Source of the DNA: a bacterium
Lineage (GTDB): Bacteria; Actinomycetota; Coriobacteriia; Coriobacteriales; Eggerthellaceae
Length of the DNA stretch: 38,710 nt
Direction: 5' to 3'
NCBI GenBank assembly: GCA_963607675.1
Contig: CAVDDI010000001.1
Coordinates: 1-38,710 of the forward strand
The translations under genes were made by a program, and so were the position numbers. Under the pieces are notes generated by a model. That model did not search any database. It was not told the origin of the DNA and was given only the letters and a program-made list of their open reading frames with translations. Shown here piece after piece: positions 34,859 to 38,710 of this stretch (positions are counted from its first letter, which is position 1; each line of letters begins with the position of its first letter).

Positions 34859-36031
34859 CTAGTTGCTGGAGGTTTCGGTCGAATCAGAGGACTCGCCGGA
34901 TTCGCTGGAGGAAGATTCCGATTCAGTAGCCGCGGAGCTATCGGTGGAACCGGTGCTGTCCGCAGAGCTGGAATCAGAGCTGTCCGAGGTGCTCTCGTAC
35001 TTGGTCATATCAAGGTTGTAGGGAACGTTGTCGGGCATGTCGTTGTTCTGGATGTCGGCCTGGGACTTATAGTCGCTGAACCAGGTGCTGTATGCGGAAG
35101 ACTGGTTCTGGCTCTTGATGATCTTGGAGATGTAATCGACGAACTCAGACGGATACGCAGAAAGGTCGGTTGCGGTGCCGTCGGTGGTGAACTCATCGGT
35201 GCACTTGATGATATGAATGCCATAGTCGCTGGTCACCAAACCGGAAACCTGGTCCTTGGAAAGGGAATCGAGGGCGTCGGTGTACTCGGTGACGAAGTTG
35301 TTGATGCAGTCCCAGCCCACGTTTCCGCCGTCTTCGGCAGAGGTGGTGTCGGTGGAGTACTGCTTGGCAGCCTCGGCGAAGTCAAGCGTGCCCGCGTTGA
35401 TCTGATCAAGCACTTCCTGGGCTTTCTCGGTGTCATTGGAGGAGAACAGGATATGGGAGCTCTTCTTGGCGCCGTTGAACATGGTGTAATAGGTGTTCAG
35501 CATGTTCAGGACGCTGGCATCATCGGCAGTGGCGGAATCGCCCGCTACCGCGTCTTCGAGTGCCTGATCCCTAAGGCCGGCGGCCACGGATTCGCGGTAC
35601 TGATCTTCGGTCAGGCCAGCGGAAGAGAGAGCTTCCTTCCAGGCATCGTCGCTGTCATAGTTGGACTTCACCTTTTCGATCTGCTCATCGACTTGGGAAT
35701 CGTCTACGGTGATACCCTTCTCGTCGCAAGCCTGCTTCTTCAGCTCGATCTCCACATAGTAGTCAACCACCTGGTCGCGGACGGTGGAGGGAGTGAAGGA
35801 GTTCTCGCTCATCCAATTGCCCCAGTCATCGTCGCTGGTGAGATCGGAGCTGGTACGGAAATCCTGGATATACTTGGTGATGGTGTCTTCCTGGATCTCC
35901 GATCCATTTACCGTGGCAGCAACGCCCCCGGTGTATCCGTAGTTAGTGCCGCCGCAGCCGGTGAGGGCCAAGCAGCAGGCAGCTGAAAGCCCTACGACCG
36001 AGATCTTGCGAAGAAGAGATCCGTGCATCAT
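34859..36031 (-). CDS. PrsA/SurA-like parvulin peptidyl-prolyl isomerase lipoprotein with Ser-rich tail; start set to 36031
   Basis: Lipobox LALTGC, AATVNGSEI SurA-N region, SHIL...FAEAAKQYSTD...GGNVGW...SDYGIHII parvulin motifs. Confidence 0.9.
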   Translation of the reverse strand: MMHGSLLRKISVVGLSAACCLALTGCGGTNYGYTGGVAATVNGSEIQEDTITKYIQDFRTSSDLTSDDDWGNWMSENSFTPSTVRDQVVDYYVEIELKKQACDEKGITVDDSQVDEQIEKVKSNYDSDDAWKEALSSAGLTEDQYRESVAAGLRDQALEDAVAGDSATADDASVLNMLNTYYTMFNGAKKSSHILFSSNDTEKAQEVLDQINAGTLDFAEAAKQYSTDTTSAEDGGNVGWDCINNFVTEYTDALDSLSKDQVSGLVTSDYGIHIIKCTDEFTTDGTATDLSAYPSEFVDYISKIIKSQNQSSAYSTWFSDYKSQADIQNNDMPDNVPYNLDMTKYESTSDSSDSSSADSTGSTDSSAATESESSSSESGESSDSTETSSN

Positions 36032-36171
36032 GTAAGTACCTTGTCTTTCTGAGAACCTATTCACCGCGCTCAAACGCGGCAACGAAGCGTATTTTTGCAC
36101 AACACGTTTTTCGGTCCTGTCTTCGCACAATTTACCCACGTATTGCCGCAGGTTAACCACAACCCCTTCAT

Positions 36172-36215
36172 AAAAGAGGAAGCCAGTGGGCGCTCTATCC
36201 GTCCCACTGGCTTCC
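36172..36215 (-). terminator. Intrinsic terminator after typA
   Basis: AGGAAGCCAGTGGG / CCCACTGGCTTCCT inverted repeat plus CUUUU. Confidence 0.85.
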
Positions 36216-36242
36216 TTTGCGCTATCCGCCACCTACGGACAG

Positions 36243-38057
36243 TTACTTGTTCTTCGCCTCTTTACGACGCTGGGTTGCCGAAAGGGTGCGCTTGCGCAGG
36301 CGGATCGACTTGGGGGTGACCTCCACCAGCTCATCATCCTCGATGTACTCAAGCGCCTCTTCAAGGGTGAAGGTGATGGGCGGGGTAAGGCTGATGGCCT
36401 TGTCGGCACCGGAAGAGCGCTGGTTGCCCAGAGACTTCGCCTTCGCAACGTTGACCACCATATCGCCTTCACGGGAAGACTCGCCCACGATCATGCCCTC
36501 GTAGCAATCCTCGCCCGGGCCAACGAACAGCTGGCCGCGCTCCTGCAGGGTATCGAGCGCATATGCCACGGACTTCTCGGTTGCCATAGCGATCATGCAG
36601 CCGTTCTTCCTACCCAGCATCTCACCAGAATACGGACCGTACTCGCGGAAATGGTGGAACAGGACCGCTTCGCCATGGGTGGCGTTCAGAATACGGGTCT
36701 TCAGACCCATGGTGCCGCGGGAGGGGATAGTGAACGTGAGATGGGTCATGGTCTCGTCGGAAGCCATGTCCTCCATGATGCCGCCTGCGGTGCCCATGAC
36801 CTCGATTGCCTTACCAGAGTAATCGTTGGGAACATCGACGGTAGCTTCCTCGATGGGCTCGAGCTTGTTGCCGGCCTCATCGGTCTTGTACACAACCTGG
36901 GGTCGCCCAACCTGGAACTCGAAGCCTTCGCGGCGCATGGTTTCCATGAGCACGGAAAGATGAAGAACTCCGCGGCCCGCAACACGGATGCCCGACTTGT
37001 CCTCGGTTTCCTCGATGCGCATGGAGATGTTGCTCTCCTTTTCGCGCATAAGACGCTCTTTCAGCTGACGGGCACCGACGATGTCGCCCTCACGGCCAAC
37101 CAAGGGGCTGGTGGATGCCTCGAAAACCACCGCCATGGTGGGCTCTTCGACGGCGAGGGGCTCCATTTCCACCGGGTTCTCAGGATCGGTGATCACGTCA
37201 CCGATGTCGGCCTGCTCGACGCCGATGACGGCAACGATGTCGCCGGCAGTTGCCTCTGGGACCTCGGACTTGCCAAGGTTCTCGAAGGTGTACACCTTGC
37301 GCAACTGGGCGTTGTAGCGGTTGCCATCGGGCTGGATAACAAGCACCTGCTCCTTTTCGTGGATGGTGCCGCTCTGCAGACGGCCGATGCCGATGCGGCC
37401 TTCATAGCTGCTGTGGTCAACCGTGCAAACCTGCATGGCAACCGGGCCGTCGATATCGACCTCGGGGCAAGGGATCTCCTTCAAGATGGTGTCAAGGAGG
37501 GGGATCATGTCCATGTTGCCGTCATCGGCGGCGTAGCGGGCATAGCCGTTCACTGCAGAGGCATACACAACGGGGAAATCGAGCTGCTCGTCAGAAGCGC
37601 CCAGCTCAACCATGAGGTCGAACACCTTGTCTACCGCAGCATCGGGGTTTGCGTTCGGGCGGTCGATCTTGTTCACGACGACCACGATACGCAAACCACG
37701 CTCAAGCGCATGGGAAAGGACGAAACGGGTCTGCGGCTTCGGGCCCTCGTAGGCATCGACGATGAGCAAGGCACCGTCGGCCATATTGAGCACGCGCTCC
37801 ACCTCGCCGCCGAAGTCCGCATGGCCCGGAGTGTCGATGACGTTGATCTTCACATCCTTGTAATGGATGGAGATGTTCTTCGACAGAATGGTGATGCCGC
37901 GCTCGCGCTCCTGGTCGTTGGAGTCGAGCACGCGCTCGGCAACCTCCTGGTTCTCGCGGAACACATGGGAGGACCAAAGCAGTCGGTCAACCAGAGTGGT
38001 CTTGCCATGGTCAACGTGCGCGATGATGGCAACGTTGCGAATGCTTTCTTGTTTCAT
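36243..38057 (-). CDS. typA: Translational GTPase TypA/BipA; start set to 38057
   Basis: [45 protein letters not shown] and C-terminal [16 protein letters not shown]. Confidence 0.97.
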   Translation of the reverse strand: MKQESIRNVAIIAHVDHGKTTLVDRLLWSSHVFRENQEVAERVLDSNDQERERGITILSKNISIHYKDVKINVIDTPGHADFGGEVERVLNMADGALLIVDAYEGPKPQTRFVLSHALERGLRIVVVVNKIDRPNANPDAAVDKVFDLMVELGASDEQLDFPVVYASAVNGYARYAADDGNMDMIPLLDTILKEIPCPEVDIDGPVAMQVCTVDHSSYEGRIGIGRLQSGTIHEKEQVLVIQPDGNRYNAQLRKVYTFENLGKSEVPEATAGDIVAVIGVEQADIGDVITDPENPVEMEPLAVEEPTMAVVFEASTSPLVGREGDIVGARQLKERLMREKESNISMRIEETEDKSGIRVAGRGVLHLSVLMETMRREGFEFQVGRPQVVYKTDEAGNKLEPIEEATVDVPNDYSGKAIEVMGTAGGIMEDMASDETMTHLTFTIPSRGTMGLKTRILNATHGEAVLFHHFREYGPYSGEMLGRKNGCMIAMATEKSVAYALDTLQERGQLFVGPGEDCYEGMIVGESSREGDMVVNVAKAKSLGNQRSSGADKAISLTPPITFTLEEALEYIEDDELVEVTPKSIRLRKRTLSATQRRKEAKNK

Positions 38058-38105
38058 CCTTCTTCTTCCTACTTGGCGGCGTTGGGTATATCTTATCGGA
38101 ACATC

Positions 38106-38133
38106 AAAAAAGGCTCGCCGGAAGCGAACCTTT
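38106..38133 (-). terminator. Intrinsic terminator after tRNA-Ala
   Basis: AAAGGUUCGC-UUCCG-GCGAGCCUUU-UUU on the minus strand. Confidence 0.8.
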
Positions 38134-38140
38134 GAATTCA

Positions 38141-38216
38141 TGGTGGAGCATAGGGGGATCGAACCCCTGACCTCAGGCTTGCAAAGCCCGCGCTCTCCCA
38201 GCTGAGCTAATGCCCC
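38141..38216 (-). tRNA. tRNA-Ala (UGC)
   Basis: GGGGCAU acceptor stem with G3:U70, anticodon loop UUUGCAA, ACCA end. Confidence 0.97.
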
Positions 38217-38243
38217 ATGTTGGTTGTGCGATTTCAGTTATCA

Positions 38244-38287
38244 ATAAACGCTCCACCGGCAAACTCGGCTCACGGTGGAGCGTTTAT
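38244..38287. repeat. Perfect 15-bp inverted repeat in the tRNA-Ile/tRNA-Ala spacer
   Basis: ATAAACGCTCCACCG (38244-38258) / CGGTGGAGCGTTTAT (38273-38287). Confidence 0.9.
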
Positions 38288-38297
38288 CAGTAAAAAA

Positions 38298-38374
<77 letters not shown>

Positions 38375-38390
38375 GAAATCGCGCTCAATT

Positions 38391-38419
38391 AATATACTTT
38401 CCTGCCTGGCTACGGTCAA
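38391..38419 (-). promoter_or_regulatory. Sigma70-type promoter for tRNA-Ile/tRNA-Ala
   Basis: TTGACC-17 bp-TATATT with AT-rich upstream sequence. Confidence 0.85.
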
Positions 38420-38448
38420 GGATTAATTTGCCATTTTTGGAAAAGTTT

Positions 38449-38464
38449 TGTTGCACGTGAAACT
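38449..38464. promoter_or_regulatory. parS-like site (intergenic)
   Basis: TGTTGCACGTGAAACT; differs from TGTTNCACGTGAAACA only at the last base. Confidence 0.75.
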
Positions 38465-38503
38465 TTCGGCAACCTACCTGGGCCCAACATACTGGCAACG
38501 GAA

Positions 38504-38537
38504 AGCATCCCGGAGGGCACGTGCCCTCCGGGATGCT
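38504..38537 (-). terminator. Perfect 34-bp palindrome, probable terminator of the upstream gene
   Basis: AGCATCCCGGAGGGCAC|GTGCCCTCCGGGATGCT, followed by UU on the minus strand. Confidence 0.75.
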
Positions 38538-38600
38538 CAGAAACGATTGGCTACCGGCCGTCTTCACAGGTAAGCCTTACACATGAAAGAGGAGCAGACG

Positions 38601-38710
38601 CTATTCCTCGGCCGATGGCTCCCCTGCCACATCGGTCACGTTGCCATACGGGGCATCTTCGTCTTCTTTTTCCTCCGAAGATGAAGTGGCGATAGCGGAA
38701 ATACGGTCGT
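38601..38710 (-). CDS. 3' end of a gene running off the window, probably DNA gyrase subunit A
   Basis: Translates to ...DRISAIATSSSEEKEDEDAPYGNVTDVAGEPSAEE*, a last beta-strand plus acidic tail as in GyrA. gyrA followed by tRNA-Ile/tRNA-Ala is the usual actinobacterial layout. Only 35 residues are visible. Confidence 0.55.
   Translation of the reverse strand, partial: DRISAIATSSSEEKEDEDAPYGNVTDVAGEPSAEE

Noticed and set aside
16..38135. Many long plus-strand ORFs (e.g. 16-312, 1547-2950, 12777-14264, 18825-21107, 22849-25272, 36186-38135)
   Set aside because: They are antisense shadows of well-supported minus-strand genes, expected from high-GC codon bias. None has recognisable motifs.

Overview
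High-GC chromosomal backbone that looks like a Coriobacteriia (Eggerthellaceae-like) actinobacterium, inferred from gene content and protein style. It probably lies close to oriC: it carries two parS-like sites, a probable gyrA 3' end followed by tRNA-Ile/tRNA-Ala, and rpsF-ssb-rpsR-rplI-dnaB, and every gene except one is on the minus strand. Read along the minus strand (right to left): gyrA end, tRNA-Ile, tRNA-Ala, typA, PrsA-like foldase, orphan ABC ATPase, two tRNA-Ser, acidic hypothetical, rpsF-ssb-rpsR-rplI, dnaB, Mre11/SbcD-like nuclease (YhaO-like), membrane-spanning Rad50/SMC-like ATPase (YhaN-like), purA, purD, tRNA-Phe, pgi-hypF-hypC-hypD, PspC-domain protein, RlpA-like protein plus two TrkA, purB, a 1705-aa surface protein, a Tat-signal protein (plus strand), OmpR-family regulator and kinase, purC, a membrane hypothetical, xth and the start of folE. 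I saw no integrase, transposase, reverse transcriptase or CRISPR array. The best leads are: (1) the surface-protein gene sits between two near-identical ~65-bp copies of the purB terminator region, with no mobility gene; (2) a ~110-nt structured leader precedes the RlpA-like/TrkA/TrkA operon and is a candidate unrecognised cis-regulatory RNA; (3) the membrane-anchored Mre11/Rad50-like pair lies between dnaB and purA; (4) tandem terminator-like hairpins sit in front of purD; (5) candidate OmpR-family boxes occur at the two-component and prsA promoters. All calls come from reading the sequence by eye; no searches were run.
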